Shown: positions 38,101-53,100 of the stretch, piece after piece
Numbering within the stretch: the first letter of the stretch is position 1
Layout of the letters: each line of letters starts with the position of its first letter
Source: Isurus oxyrinchus
Lineage: Eukaryota
NCBI GenBank assembly: GCA_026770705.1
Contig: JANJGN010000163.1
Span: 992,001 to 1,056,000 of the forward strand
DNA length: 64,000 nt
Reading direction: 5' to 3'
Notes under the pieces: generated by a model
What the model was told of the DNA's origin: nothing
Seen by the model: the letters and a program-made list of their open reading frames with translations, nothing else
The model's database searches: none
Position numbers and translations under genes: made by a program

Positions 38101-41100
38101 ACCTCAGCACCCACTGGAGAGGCATCACCACAGAGAACCTCAGCACCCAATGGAGAGGGGTCACCACAGAGAACCTCAGCACCCACTGGAGAGGCTTCAC
38201 CACAGAGAACCTCAGCACCCACTGGAGAGGGGTCACCACAGAGAACCTCAGCACCCACTGGAGAGGGGTCACCACAGAGAACCTCAGCACCCACTGGAGA
38301 GGGTTCACCACAGAGAACCTCAGCACCCACTGGAGAGAGGTCACCACAGAGAACCTCAGCACCCACTGGAGAGGCATCACCACAGAGAACCTCAGCACCC
38401 ACTGGAGAGGCATCACCACAGAGAACCTCAGCACCCACTGGAGAGGCATCACCACAGAGAACCTCAGCACCCACTGGGGAGGGGTCACCACAGAGAACCT
38501 CAGCACCCACCGGAGAGGGGTCACCACAGAGAGCCTCAGCACCCACTGGAGAGGGGTCACCACAGAGAACCTCAGCACCCACTGGAGAGGCATCACCACA
38601 GAGAACCTCAGCACCCACTGGAGAGAGGTCACCACAGTGATCCTCAGCACCCACTGGAGAGGGGTCACCACAGAGAACCTCAGCACCCAATGGAGAGGGG
38701 TCACCACAGAGAACCTCAGCACCCACTGGAGAGGCATCACCACAGAGAACCTCAGCACCCACTGGAGAGGGGTCACCACAGAACCTCAGCACCCACTGGA
38801 GAGGGGTCACCACAGAGAACCTCAGCACCCACTGGAGAGGGGTCACCACAGAGATCCTCAGCACCCACTGGAGAGGCATCACCACAGAGAACCTCAGCAC
38901 CCTCTGGAGAGGTGACACCACAGAGAACCTCAGCACCCACTGGAGAGGGGTCACCACAGAGAACATCAGCACCCACTGGGGAGGGGTCACCACAGAGAAC
39001 CTCAGCACCCACTGGAGAGGCATCACCACAGAGAACCTCAGCACCCACTGGAGAGGCGTCACCACAGAAAACTTCAGCACCCACTGGAGAGGGGTCACCA
39101 CAGAGAACCTCAGCACCCACTGGAGAGGGGTCACCACAGAGAAACTCAGCACCCACTGGAGAGGCATCACCACAGAGAACCTCAGCACCCACTGGAGAGG
39201 GGTCACCACAGAGAAGCTCAGCACCCACTGGAGAGGGGTCATCACAGAGAACCTCAGCACCCACTGGAGAGGCTTCACCACAGAGAACCTCAGCACCCAC
39301 TGGAGAGGGGTCACCACAGAGAACCTCAGCACCCACTGGAGAGGGGTCACCAAAGAGAACCTCAGCATCCACTGGAGAGGGGTCACCACAGAGAACCTCA
39401 GCACCCACTGGAGAGGGGTCACCACAGAGAACCTCAGCACCCACTGGAGAGGGGTCACCACAGAGAACTACAGCACCCACTGGAGAGGGGTCAAAACAGA
39501 GAACCTCAGCAGCCACTGGACAGGGGTCACCACAGAGAACCTCAGCACCCACTGGAGAGGGGTCACCACAGAGAACCTCAGCACCCACTGGAGAGGGGTC
39601 ACCACAGAGAACCTCAGCACCCACTGGAGAGGGGCTTCACCACAGAGAACCTCAGCACCCACTGGAGAGGCGTCACCACAGAGAACCTCAGCACCCACTG
39701 GAGAGGGGTCACCACAGAGAACCTCAGCATCCACTGGAGAGGGGTCACCACAGAGAAGCTCAGCACCCACTGGAGAGGCATCACCACAGAGAACCTCAGC
39801 ACCCACTGGAGAGGGGTCACCACAGAACTTCAGCACCCACTGGAGAGGGGTCACCACAGAGAACCTCAGCACCCACTGGAGAGGTGTCACCACAGAGAAC
39901 CTCAGCACCCACTGGAGAGGCATCACCACAGAGAACCTCAGCACCCACTGGAGAGGTGTCACCACAGAGAACCTCAGCACCCACTGGAGAGGCATCACCA
40001 CAGAGAACCTCAGCACCCACTGGAGAGGGGTCACCACAGAGAACCTCAGCACCCACTGGAGAGGGGTCACCACAGAGAACCTCAGCACCCACTGGAGAGG
40101 GGTCACCACAGAGAACCACAGCACCCACTGGAGAGGGGTCACCACAGAGAACCTCAGCACCCACTGGAGAGGGGTCACCACAGAGAACCTCAGCACCCAC
40201 TGGAGAGGGGTCACCACAGAGAACCTCAGCACCCACTGGAGAGGCTTCACCACAGAGAACCTCAGCACCCACTGGAGAGGGGTCACCACAGAGAACCTCA
40301 GCTCTCACTGGAGAGGGGTCACCGCAGAGAACCTCAGCACCCACTGGAGAGGCATCACCACAGAGAACCTCAGCACCCACTGGAGAGGGGTCACCACAGA
40401 GAACCTCAGCACCCACTGGAGAGGGGTCACCACAGAGAACCTCAGCACCCACTGGAGAGGGGTCACCACAGAGAACCTCAGCACCCACTGGAGAGGGGTC
40501 ACCACAGAGAACCTTAGCACCCACTGGAGAGGGGTCACCACAGAGAAGCTCAGCACCCACTGGAGAGGCATCACCACAGAGAACCTCAGCACCCACTGGA
40601 GAGGGGTCACCACAGAGAACCTCAGCACCCACCGGAGAGGGGTCACCACAGAGAACCTCAGCACCCACTGGAGAGGGGTCACCACAGAGAACCTCAGCAC
40701 CCACTGGAGAGGGGTCACCACAGAGAACCTCAGCACCCACTGGAGAGGCATCACCACAGAGAACCTCAGCACCCACTGGAGAGCGGTCACCACAGAGAAC
40801 CTCAGCACCCACTGGAGAGGGGTCACCACAGAGAACCTCAGCACCCACTGGAGAGGGGTCACCACAGAAAACCTCAGCACCCACTGGGGAGGGGTCACCA
40901 CAGAGAACCTCAGCACCCACTGGAGAGGGGTCACCACAGAGAACTTCAGCACCCACTCGCGAGGGGTCACCACAGAGAACCTCATCAACCAGTGGAGAGG
41001 GGTCACCACAGAGAACCTCAGCACCCACTGGAGAGGGGTCACCACAGAGAACCTCAGCACCCACTGGAGAGGGGTCACCACAGAGACCCGCAGCACCCAC

Positions 41101-44100
41101 TGGAGAGGGGTCACCACAGAGAACATCAGCACCCACTGGAGAGGGGTCACCACAGAGAACCTCAGCACCCACTGGAGAGGCATCACCACAGAGAACCTCA
41201 GCACCCACTGGAGAGGGGTCACCACAGAACCTCAGCACCCACTGGAGAGGGGTCACCACAGAGAACCTCAGCACCCACTGGAGAGGTGTCACCACAGAGA
41301 ACCTCAGCACCCACTGGAGAGGGGTCACCACAGAGAACATCAGCACCCAATGGAGAGGGGTCACCACAGAGAACCTCAGCACCCACTGGAGAGGCATCAC
41401 CACAGAGAACCTCAGCACCCACTGGAGAGGGGTCACCACAGAAAACCTCAGCACCCACTGGAGAAGGGTAACCACAGAGAACCTCAGCACCCACTGGAGA
41501 GGGGTCACCACAGAGAACCTCAGCACCCACTGGAGAGGCATCACCACAGAGAACCTCAGCACCCACTGGAGAGGGGTCACCACAGAGAACATCAGCACCC
41601 ACTGGAGAGGGGTCACCACAGAGAACCTCAGCACCCACTGGAGAGGCTTCACCACAGAGAACCTCAGCACCCACTGGAGAGGGGTCACCACAGAGAACCT
41701 CAGCACCCACTGGAGAGGGGTCACCAAAGAGAACCTCAGCATCCACTGGAGAGGGGTCACCACAGAGAACCTCAGCACCCACTGGAGAGGGGTCACCACA
41801 GAGAACCTCAGCACCCACTGGAGAGTGGTCACCACAGAGAACCACAGCACCCACTGGAGAGGGGTCACCACAGAGAACCTCAGCACCCACTGGAGAGGGG
41901 TCACCACAGAGAACCTCAGCACCCAATGGAGAGGGGTCACCACAGAGAACCTCAGCACCCACTGGAGAGGGGTCACCACAGATAACCTCAGCACCCACTG
42001 GAGAGGCATCACCACAGAGAACCTCAGCACCCACTGGAGAGGGGTCACCACAGAGAACCTCAGCACCCACTGGAGAGGGGTCACCACAGAGAACCTCAGC
42101 ACCCACTGGAGAGGCATCACCACAGAGAACCTCAGCACACACTGGAGAGGGGTCACCACAGAGAACCTCAGCACCCACTGGAGAGGCATCACCACAGGGA
42201 GCCTCAGCACCCACTGGAGAAGGGTCACCACAGAGAACCTCAGCACCCACTGGAGAGGGGTCACCACAGAGAACCTCAGCACCCACTGGAGAGGGGTCAC
42301 CACAGAGAACCTCAGCACCCACTGGAGAGGCATCACCACAGAGAACCTCAGCACCCACTGGAGAGGGGTCACCACAGAGAACCTCAGCACCCACTGGAGA
42401 GGCTTCACCACAGAGAACCTCAGCACCCACTGGAGAGGGGTCACCACAGAGAACCTCAGCACCCACTGGAGAGGGGTCACCACAGAGAACCTCAGCACCC
42501 ACTGGAGAGGGGTCACCACAGAGAACCTCAGCACCCACTGGAGAGGGGTCACCACAGAGAACCTCAGAACCCACTGGAGTGAGTTCACCACAGAGAACCT
42601 CAGCACCCACTGGAGAGGCATCACCACAGAGAACCTCAGCACCCACTGGAGAGGCATCACCACAGAGAACCTCAGCACCCACTGGAGAGGTATCACCACA
42701 GAGAACCTCAGCACCCACTGGAGAGGCGTCACCACAGAGAACCTCAGCACCCACTGGAGAGGCATCACCACAGAGAACCTCAGCACCCACTGGAGAGGGG
42801 TCTCCACAGAGAACCTCAGCACCCACTGGAGAGGCTTCACCACAGAGAACCTCAGCACACACTGGAGAGGGGTCACCACAGAGAACCTCAGCACCCGCTG
42901 GAGAGGCTTCAGCACAGAGAACCTCAGCACCCACTGGAGAGGCTGCCACCAGAGAGAACCTCAGCACCCACTGGAGAGGCATCACCACGGAGAACCTCAG
43001 CACCCACTGGAGAGGCATCACCACAGAGAACCTCAGCACTCACTGGATGGGGGTCACCACAGAGAACCTCAGCACCCACTGGAGAGGCATCACCACAGAG
43101 AACCTCAGCACCCACTGGAGAGGGGTCACCACAGAGAACCTCAGCACCCACTGGAGAGGGGTCACCACAGAGAACCTCAGCACCCACTGGAGAGGCTTCA
43201 CCACAGAGAACCTCAGCACCCACTGGAGAGGGGTCACCACAGAGAACCTCAGCACCCACTGGAGAGGCTTCACCACAGAGAACCTCAGCACCCACTGGAG
43301 AGGGGTCACCACAGAGAACCTCAGCACCCACTGGAGAGGGGTCACCAAAGAGAACCTCAGCATCCACTGGAGAGGGGTCACCACAGAGAACCTCAGCACC
43401 CACTGGAGAGGGGTCACCACAGAGAACCTCAGCACCCACTGGAGAGGGGTCACCACAGAGAACCACAGCACCCACTGGAGAGGGGTCACCACAGAGAACC
43501 TCAGCACCCACTGGAGAGGGGTCACCACAGAGAACCTCAGCACCCAATGGAGAGGGGTCACCACAGAGAACCTCAGCACCCACTGGAGAGGGGTCACCAC
43601 AGATAACCTCAGCACCCACTGGAGAGGCATCACCACAGAGAACCTCAGCACCCACTGGAGAGGGGTCACCACAGAGAACCTCAGCACCCACTGGAGAGGG
43701 GTCACCACAGAGAACCTCAGCACCCACTGGAGAGGCATCACCACAGAGAACCTCAGCACCCACTGGAGAGGGGTCACCACAGAGAACCTCAGCACCCACT
43801 GGAGAGGCATCACCACAGGGAGCCTCAGCACCCACTGGAGAAGGGTCACCACAGAGAACCTCAGCACCCACTGGAGAGGGGTCACCACAGAGAACCTCAG
43901 CACCCACTGGAGAGGGGTCACCACCGAGAACCTCAGCACCCACTGGAGAGGCATCACCACAGAGAACCTCAGCACCCACTGGAGAGGGGTCACCACAGAG
44001 AACCTCAGCACCCACTGGAGAGGCTTCACCACAGAGAACCTCAGCACCCACTGGAGAGGGGTCACCACAGAGAACCTCAGCACCCACTGGAGAGGGGTCA

Positions 44101-47100
44101 CCACAGAGAACCTCAGCACCCACTGGAGAGGGGTCACCACAGAGAACCTCAGCACCCACTGGAGAGGGGTCACCACAGAGAACCTCAGCACCCACTGGAG
44201 AGAGGTCACCACAGAGAACCTCAGCACCCACTGGAGAGGCATCACCACAGAGAACCTCAGCACCCACTGGAGAGGCATCACCACAGAGAACCTCAGCACC
44301 CACTGGAGAGGTATCACCACAGAGAACCTCAGCACCCACTGGAGATCCGTCACCACAGAGAACCTCAGCACCCACTGGAGAGGCATCACCACAGAGAACC
44401 TCAGCACCCACTGGAGAGGGGTCACCACAGAGAACCTCAGCACCCACTGGAGACGCTTCACCACAGAGAACCTCAGCACCCACTGGAGAGGGGTCACCAC
44501 AGAGAACCTCAGCACCCGCTGGAGAGGCATCAGCACAGAGAACCTCAGCACCCACTGGAGAGGCTGTCACCAGAGAGAACCTCAGCACCCACTGGAGAGG
44601 CATCACCACAGAGAACCTCAGCACCCACTGGAGAGGCATCACCACAGAGAACCTCAGCACTCACTGGAGGGGGGTCACCACAGAGAACCTCAGCACCCAC
44701 TGGAGAGGCATCACCACAGAGAACCTCAGCACCCACTGGAGAGGGGTCACCACAGAGAACCTCAGCACCCACTGAAGACGGGTCACCACAGAGAACCTCA
44801 GCACCCACTGGAGAGGCGTCACCACAGAGAACCTCAGCACCCACTGGAGAGGCATCACCACAGAGAACCTCAGCACCCACTGGAGAGGGGTCACCACAGA
44901 GAACCTCAGCACCCACTGGAGAGGGGTCACCACAGAGAACCTCAGCACCCACTGGAGAGGGGTCACCACGGAGAACCTCAGCACCCACTGGAGAGGGGTC
45001 ACCACAGAGAACCTCAGCACCCACTGGAGAGGCATCACCACAGAGAACCTCAGCACCCACTGGAGAGGGGTCACCACAGAGAACCTCAGCACCCACTGGA
45101 GAGGGGTCACCACAGAGAACCTCAGCACCCACTGGAGAGTGGTCACCACAGAGAACCTCAGCACCCACTGGAGAGGGGTCACCAAAGAGAACCTCAGCAC
45201 CCACTGGAGAGGGGTCACCACAGAGAACCTCAGCACCCACTGGAGAGGGATCACCACAGAGAACCTCAGCACCCACTGGAGAGGGGTCACCACAGAGAAC
45301 CTCAGCACCCACTGGAGAGGGGTCACCACAGAGAACCTCAGCACCCACTGGAGAGGGGTCACCACAGAGAACCTCAGCACCCACTGGAGAGGGTTCACCA
45401 CAGAGACCCACAGCACCCACTGGAGAGGGATCACCACAGAGAACCTCAGCACCCACTGGAGAGGGGTCACCACAGAGAACCTCAGCACCCACTGGAGAGG
45501 GGTCACCACAGAGAACCTCAGCACCCACTGGAGAGGCTTCACCACAGAAAACCTCAGCACCCACTGGAGAGGCATCACCACAGAGTGCCTCAGCACCCAC
45601 TGGAGAGGGGTCACCACAGAGAACCTAAGCACCCACTGGCGAGGGGTCACCACAGAGAACCTCAGCACCCACTGGAGAGGGGTCACCACAGAGAACCTCA
45701 GCACCCACTGGAGAGGGGTCACCACAGAGAACCTCAGCACCCACTGGAGATGGGTCACCACAGAGACCCTCAGCACCCACTGGAGAGGGGTCACGACAGA
45801 GAACCTCAGCACCCACTGGAGAGGGGTCACCACAGAGAACCTCAGCACCCACTGGAGAGGCATCACCACAGAGAACCTCAGCACCCACTGGAGAGGGGTC
45901 ACCACAGAACCTCAGCACCCACTGGAGAGGGGTCACCACAGAGAACCTCAGCACCCACTGGAGAGGTGTCACCACAGAGAACCTCAGCACCCACTGGAGA
46001 GGGGTCACCACAGAGAACCTCAGCACCCACTGGAGAGGGGTCACCACAGAGAACCTCAGCACCCACTGGAGAGGCATCACCACAGAGAACCTCAGCACCC
46101 ACTGGACAGGGGTCACCACAGAGAACCTCAGCACCCATTGGAGAGGGGTCACCACAGAGAACCTCAGCACCCACTGGAGAGGGGTCACCACAGAGAACCT
46201 CAGCACCCACTGGAGAGGGGTCACCACAGAGAACCTCAGCACCCACTGGAGAGGGGCTTCACCACAGGGAACCTCAGCACCCACTGGAGAGGGGTCACCA
46301 CAGAGAACCTCAGCACCCACTGGAGAGGGGTCACCACAGAGAACCTCAGCACCCACTGGAGAGGCTTCACCACAGAGAACCTCAGCACCCACTGGAGAGG
46401 GGTCACCACAGAGAACCTCAGCACCCACTGGAGAGGGGTCACCACAGAGAACCTCAGCATCCACTGGAGAGGGGTCACCACAGAGAACCTCAGCACCCAC
46501 TGGAGAGGGGTCACCACAGAGAACCTCAGCACCCACTGGAGAGTGGTCACCACAGAGAACAACATCACCCACTGGAGAGGGGTCACCACAGAGAACCTCA
46601 GCACCCACTGGAGAGGGGTCACCACAGAGAACCTCAGCACCCACTGGAGAGGGGTCACCACAGAGAACCTCAGCACCCACTGGAGAGGCATCACCACAGA
46701 GAACCTCAGCACCCACTGGAGAGGGGTCACCAGAGAGTACCTCAGCACCCACTGGATAGGGGTCACCACAGAGAACCTCAGCACCCACTGGAGAGGATCA
46801 CCACAGAGAACCTCAGCACCCACTGGAGAGGCATCACCACAGAGAACCTCAGCACCCACTGGAGAGGGGTCACCACAGAGAACCTCAGCACCCACTGGAG
46901 AGGGGTCACCACAGAGAACCTCAGCACCCACTGGAGAGGGGTCACCACAGAGAACCACAGCACCCACTGGAGAGGGGTCACCACAGAGAACCTCAGAACC
47001 CACTGGAGAGGGGTCACCACAGAGAACCTCAGCACCCACTGGAGAGGGGTCACCACAGAGAACCTCAGCACCCACTGGAGAGGGGTCTCCACAGAGAACC

Positions 47101-50100
47101 TCAGCACCCACTGGAGAGAGGTCACCACAGAGAACCTCAGCACCCACTGGAGAGGCATCACCACAGAGAACCTCAGCACCCACTGGAGAGGCATCACCAC
47201 AGAGAACCTCAGCACCCACTGGAGAGGCATCACCACAGAGAACCTCAGCACCCACTGGAGAGGGTTCACCACAGAGAACCTCAGCACCCACTGGAGAGGG
47301 GTCACCACAGAGAACCTCAGCACCCACTGGAGAGGGGTCACCACAGAGAAACTGAGCACCCACTGGAGAGGGGTCACCACAGAGAACCTCAGCACCCACT
47401 GGAGAGAGGTCACCACAGAGAACCTCAGCACCCACTGGAGAGGGGTCACAACAGAGAACCTCAGCACCCACTGGAGAGGGGTCACCAAAGAGACCCTCAG
47501 CACCCACTGGAGAGGGGTCACCACAGAGAACCTCAGCACCCACTGGAGAGGGGTCACCACAGAGAACCTCAGCACCCACTGGAGAGGGGTCACCACAGAG
47601 AACCTCAGCACCCACTGGAGAGGCATCACCACAGAGAACCTCAGCACCCACTGGAGAGGGGTCACCACAGAGAACCTCAGCACCCACTGGAGTGGCTTCA
47701 CCACAGAGAACCTCAGCACCCACTGGAGAGGGGTCACCACAGAGAACCTCAGCACCCACTGGAGAGGCATCAGCACAGAGAACCTCAGCACCCACTGGAG
47801 AGGGGTCACCAGAGAGAACCTCAGCACCCACTGGAGAGGCATCACCACAGAGAACCTCAGCACTCACTGGAGAGGGGTCACCAGAGAGAACCTCAGCACC
47901 CACTGGAGAGGCATCGCAAAAAGAGAACCTCAGCACCCACTGGAGAGGGGTCACCACAGAGAACCTCAGCACCCACTGGAGACGGGTCACCACAGAGAAC
48001 CTCAGCACCCAATGGAGAGGGGTCACCACAGAGAACCTCAGCACCCACTGGAGAGGCATCGCCACAGAGAACCTCAGCACCCACTGGAGAGGCATCGCCA
48101 CAGAGAACCTCAGCACCCACTGGAGAGGGGTCACCACAGAGAACCTCAGCACCCACTGGAGAGGGGTCACCACAGAGAACCTCAGCACCCACTGGAGACG
48201 GGTCACCACAGAGAACCTCAGCACCCACTGGAGAGGGGTCACCACAGAGAACCTCAGCACCCACTGGAGAGGCATTACCACAGAGAACCTCAGCACCCAC
48301 TGGAGAGGGGTCACCACAGAGAACCTCAGCACCCACTGGAGAGGTGTCACCACAGAGAACCTCAGCACCCACTGGAGAGGGGTCACCACAGAGAACCTCA
48401 GCACCCACTGGAGAGGGGTCACCACAGAGAACCTCAGCACCCACTGGGGAGTCATCACCACAGAGAACCTCAGCACCCACTGGAGAGGGGTCACCACAGA
48501 GAACCTCAGCACCCACTGGAGAGGGGTCACCACAGAGAACCTCAGCACCCACTGGAGAGGGGTCACTTCAGAGAACCTCAGCACCCACTGGAGAGGGGTC
48601 ACCACAGAGAACCTCAGCACTCACTGGAGAGGGATCACCACAGAGAACCTCAGCACCCACTGGAGAGGGGTCACCACAGAGAAACTCAGCACCCACTGGA
48701 GAGGGGTCACCACAGAGAACCTCAGCACCCACTGGAGAGGCTTCACCACAGAGAACCTCAGCACCCACTGGAGAGGCATCACCACAGAGAGCCTCAGCAC
48801 CCACTGGAGAGGGGTCACCACAGAGGACCTCAGCACCCACTGGCGAGGGGTCACCACAGAGAACCTCAGCACCCACTGGAGACGGGTCACCACAGAGAAC
48901 CTCAGCACCCACTGGAGAGGGGTCACCACAGAGAACCTCAGCACCCACTGGAGAGGGGTCACCACAGAGACCCTCAGCACCCACTGGAGAGGGGTCACGA
49001 CAGATAACCTCAGCACCCACTGGAGAGGGGTCACCACAGAGAACCTCAGCAGCCACTGGAGAGGCATCACCACAGAGAACCTCAGCACCCACTGGAGAGG
49101 GGTCACCACAGAACCTCAGCACCCACTGGAGAGGGGTCACCACAGAGAACCTCAGCACCCACTGGAGAGGTATCACCACAGAGAACCTCAGCACCCACTG
49201 GAGAGGGGTCACCACAGAGAACATCAGCACCCACTGGAGAGGGGTCACCACAGAGAACCTCAGTAGCCACTGGAGAGGCATCACCACAGAGAACCTCAGC
49301 ACCCACTGGAGAGGGGTCACCACAGAGAACCTCAGCACCCACTGGAGAGGGGTCACCACAGAGAACCTCAGCACCCACTGGAGAGGGGTCACCACAGAGA
49401 ACCTCAGCACCAACTGGAGAGGGGTCACCACAGAGAACCTCAGCACCCACTGGAGAGGGGCCACCACAGAGAACCTCAGCACCCACTGGAGAGGGGTCAC
49501 CACAGAGAACCTCAGCACCCACTGGAGAGGGGTCACTACAGAGAACCTCAGCACCCACTGGAGAGGCTTCACCACAGAGAACCTCAGCACCCACTGGAGA
49601 GGGGTCACCACAGAGAACCTCAGCACCCACTGGAGAGGGGTCACCACAGAGAACCTCAGCACCCACTGGAGAGAGGTCACCACAGAGAACCTCAGCACCC
49701 ACTGGAGAGGGGTCACCACAGAGAACCTCAGCACCCACTGGAGAGGGGTCACCACAGAGAACCTCAGCATCCACTGGAGAGGGGTCACCACAGAGAACCT
49801 CAGCACCCACTGGAGAAGGCTCACCACAGAGAACCTCAGGATCCACTGGAGAGGGGTCACCACAGAGACCCTCAGCACCCACTGGAGAGGGGTCACCACA
49901 GAGAACCTCAGCACCCACTGGAGAGGGGTCACCACAGAGAACCTCAGCACCCACTGGAGAGGGGTCACCACAGAGAACCTCAGCACCAACTGGAGAGGGG
50001 TCACCACAGAGAACCTCAGCACCCACTGGAGAGGGGCTTCACCACAGAGAACCTCAGCACCCACTGGAGAGTGGTCACCACAGAGAACCTCAGCACCCAC

Positions 50101-53100
50101 TGGAGAGGGGTCACCACAGAGAACCTCAGCACCCACTGGAGAGGGGTCACCTAGAGAACATCAGCACCCACTGGAGAGGCATCACCACAGAGAACCTCAG
50201 CACGCACTGGAGAGGCATCACCACAGAGAACCTCAGCACCCACTGGAGAGGGGTCACCACAGCGAACCTCAGCACCCACTGGAGAGGCTTCACCACAGAG
50301 AACCTCAGCACCCACTGGAGAGGGGTCACCACAGAGAACCTCAGCACCCACTGGAGAAGGCTCACCACAGAGAACCTCAGCATCCACTGGAGAGGGGTCA
50401 CCACAGAGAACCTCAGCACCCACTGGAGAGGGGTCACCACAGAGAACCTCAGCACCCACTGGAGAGGGGTCACCACAGAGAACCACAGCACCCACTGGAG
50501 ATGGGTCACCACAGAGAACCTCAGCACCCACTGGAGATGGGTCACCACAGAGAACCTCAGCACCCACTGGAGAGGGGTCACCACAGAGAACCTCAGCACC
50601 CACTTGAGAGGGGTCACCACAGAGAACCTCAGCACCCACTGGAGAGGCATCACCACAGAGAACCTCAGCACCCACTGGAGAGGGGTCACCACAGAGTACC
50701 TCAGCACCCACTGGAGAGGGGACACCACAGAGAACCTCAGCACCCACTGGAGAGGCATCACCGCAGAGATCCTCAGCACCCACTGGAGAGGCATCACCAC
50801 AGAGAACCTCAGCACCCACTGGAGAGGGGTTTTCACAGAGAACCTCAGCACCCACTGGAGAGGGGTCACCACAGAGAACCTCAGCACCCACTGGAGAGGG
50901 GTCACCACAGAGAACCACAACACCCACTGGAGAGTGGTCACCACAGACTACCTCAGCACCCACTGGAGAGGCTTCACCACAGAGAACCTCAGCACCCACT
51001 GGAGAGGGGTCACCACAGAGAACCTCAGCACCCACTGGAGAGGGGTCACCACAGAGAACCACAGCACCCACTGGAGAGGGGTCAGCACAGAGAACCTCAG
51101 CACTCACTGGAGAGGGGTCACCACAGAGAAACTCAGCACCCACTGGAGAGGGGTCACCACAGAGAACCTCAGCACCCACTGGAGAGGCTTCACCACAGAG
51201 AACCTCAGCACCCACTGGAGAGGCATCACCACAGAGAGCCTCAGCACCCACTTGAGAGGGGTCACCACAGAGAACCTCAGCACCCACTGGCGAGGGGTCA
51301 CCACAGAGAACCTCTGCACCCACTGGAGAGGGGTCACCACAGAGAACCTCAGCACCCACGGGAGAGGGGTCACCACAGAGAACCTCAGCACCCACTGGAG
51401 AGGCTTCACCACAGAGAACCTCAGCACCCACTGGAGAGGGGTCACCACAGAGACCCTCAGCACCAACTGGAGAGGGGTCACGACAGAAAACCTCAGCACC
51501 CACTGGAGAGGGGTCACCACAGAGAAACTCAGCACCCACTGGAGAGGGGTCACCACAGAGAACGTCAGCACCCACTGGAGAGGTGTCACCACAGAGAACC
51601 TCAGCACCCACTGGAGAGGGGTCACCACAGGGAACATCAGCACCCACTGGAGAAGGGTCAACACAGAGAACCTCAGCACCCACTGGAGAGGCATCACCAC
51701 AGAGAACCTCAGCACCCACTGGAGAGGGGTCACCACAGAGAACCTCAGCACCCACTGGAGAGGGGACACCAGAGAGAACCTCAGCACCCACTGGAGAGGG
51801 GTCACCACAGAGAACCTTAGCACCCACTGGAGAGGGGTCACCACAGAGAACCTCAGCACCCACTGGAGAGGGGCTTCACCACAGAGAACCTCAGCACTAA
51901 CTGGAGAGGGGTCACCACAGAGAACCTCAGCACCCACTGGAGAGGGGTCACCACAGAGAACCTCAGCACCCACTGGAGAGGGGTCACCACAGAGAACCTC
52001 AGCACCCACTGGAGAGGCATCACCACAGAGAACCTCAGCACCCACTGGAGAGGGGTCACCACAGAGTACCTCAGCACCCACTGGAGAGGGGTCACCACAG
52101 AGAACCTCAGCACCCACTGGAGAGGCATCACCACAGAGAACCTCAGCACCCACTGGAGAGGCATCACCACAGAGAACCTCAGCACCCACTGGAGAGGGGT
52201 CACCACAGAGAACCTCAGCACCCACTGGAGAGGCGTCACCACAGAGAACCTCAGCATCCACTGGAGAGGGGTCACCACAGAGAACCTCAGCACCCACTGG
52301 GGAGGGGTCACCACAGAGAACCTCAGCACCCAATGGAGAGGGGTCACCACAGAGAACCACAGCACCCACTGGAGAGGGGTCACCACAGAGAACCTCAGCA
52401 CCCAATGGAGAGAGGTCACCACAGAGAACCTCAGCACCCACTGGAGAGGGGTCACCACAGAGAACCTCAGCACCCACTGGAGAGGGGTCACCACAGAGAA
52501 CCTCAGCACTCACTGGAGAGGGGTCACCACAGAGAACCTCAGCACCCACTGGAGAGGGGTCACCACGGAGAACCTCAGCACCCACTGGAGAGGGGTCACC
52601 ACAGAGAACCTCAGCACCCACTGGAGAGGGGTCACCACAGAGAACCTCAGCACCCACTGGAGAGGGGTCACCACAGAGAACCTCAGCACCCACTGGAGAG
52701 GCGTCACCACAGAGAACCTCAGCACCCACTGGAGAGGGGTCACCACAGAGAACCTCAGCACCCACTGGAGAGGGGTCACCACAGAGAACCTCAGCACCCA
52801 CTGGAGAGGGGTCACCACAGAGAACCTCAGCACCCACTGGAGAGGGGTCACCACAGAGAACCTCAGCACCCACTGGAGAGGGGTCACCACAGAGACCCTC
52901 AGCACCCACTGGAGAGGGGTCACCACAGAGAACCTCAGCACCCACTGGAGAGGGGTCACCACAGAGAACCTCAGCACCCACTGGAGAGGCATCACCACAG
53001 AGAACCTCAGCACCCACTGGAGAGGGGTGACCACAGAACCTCAGCACCCACTGAAGAGGGGTCACCACAGAGAACCTCAGCACCCACTGGAGAGGTGTCA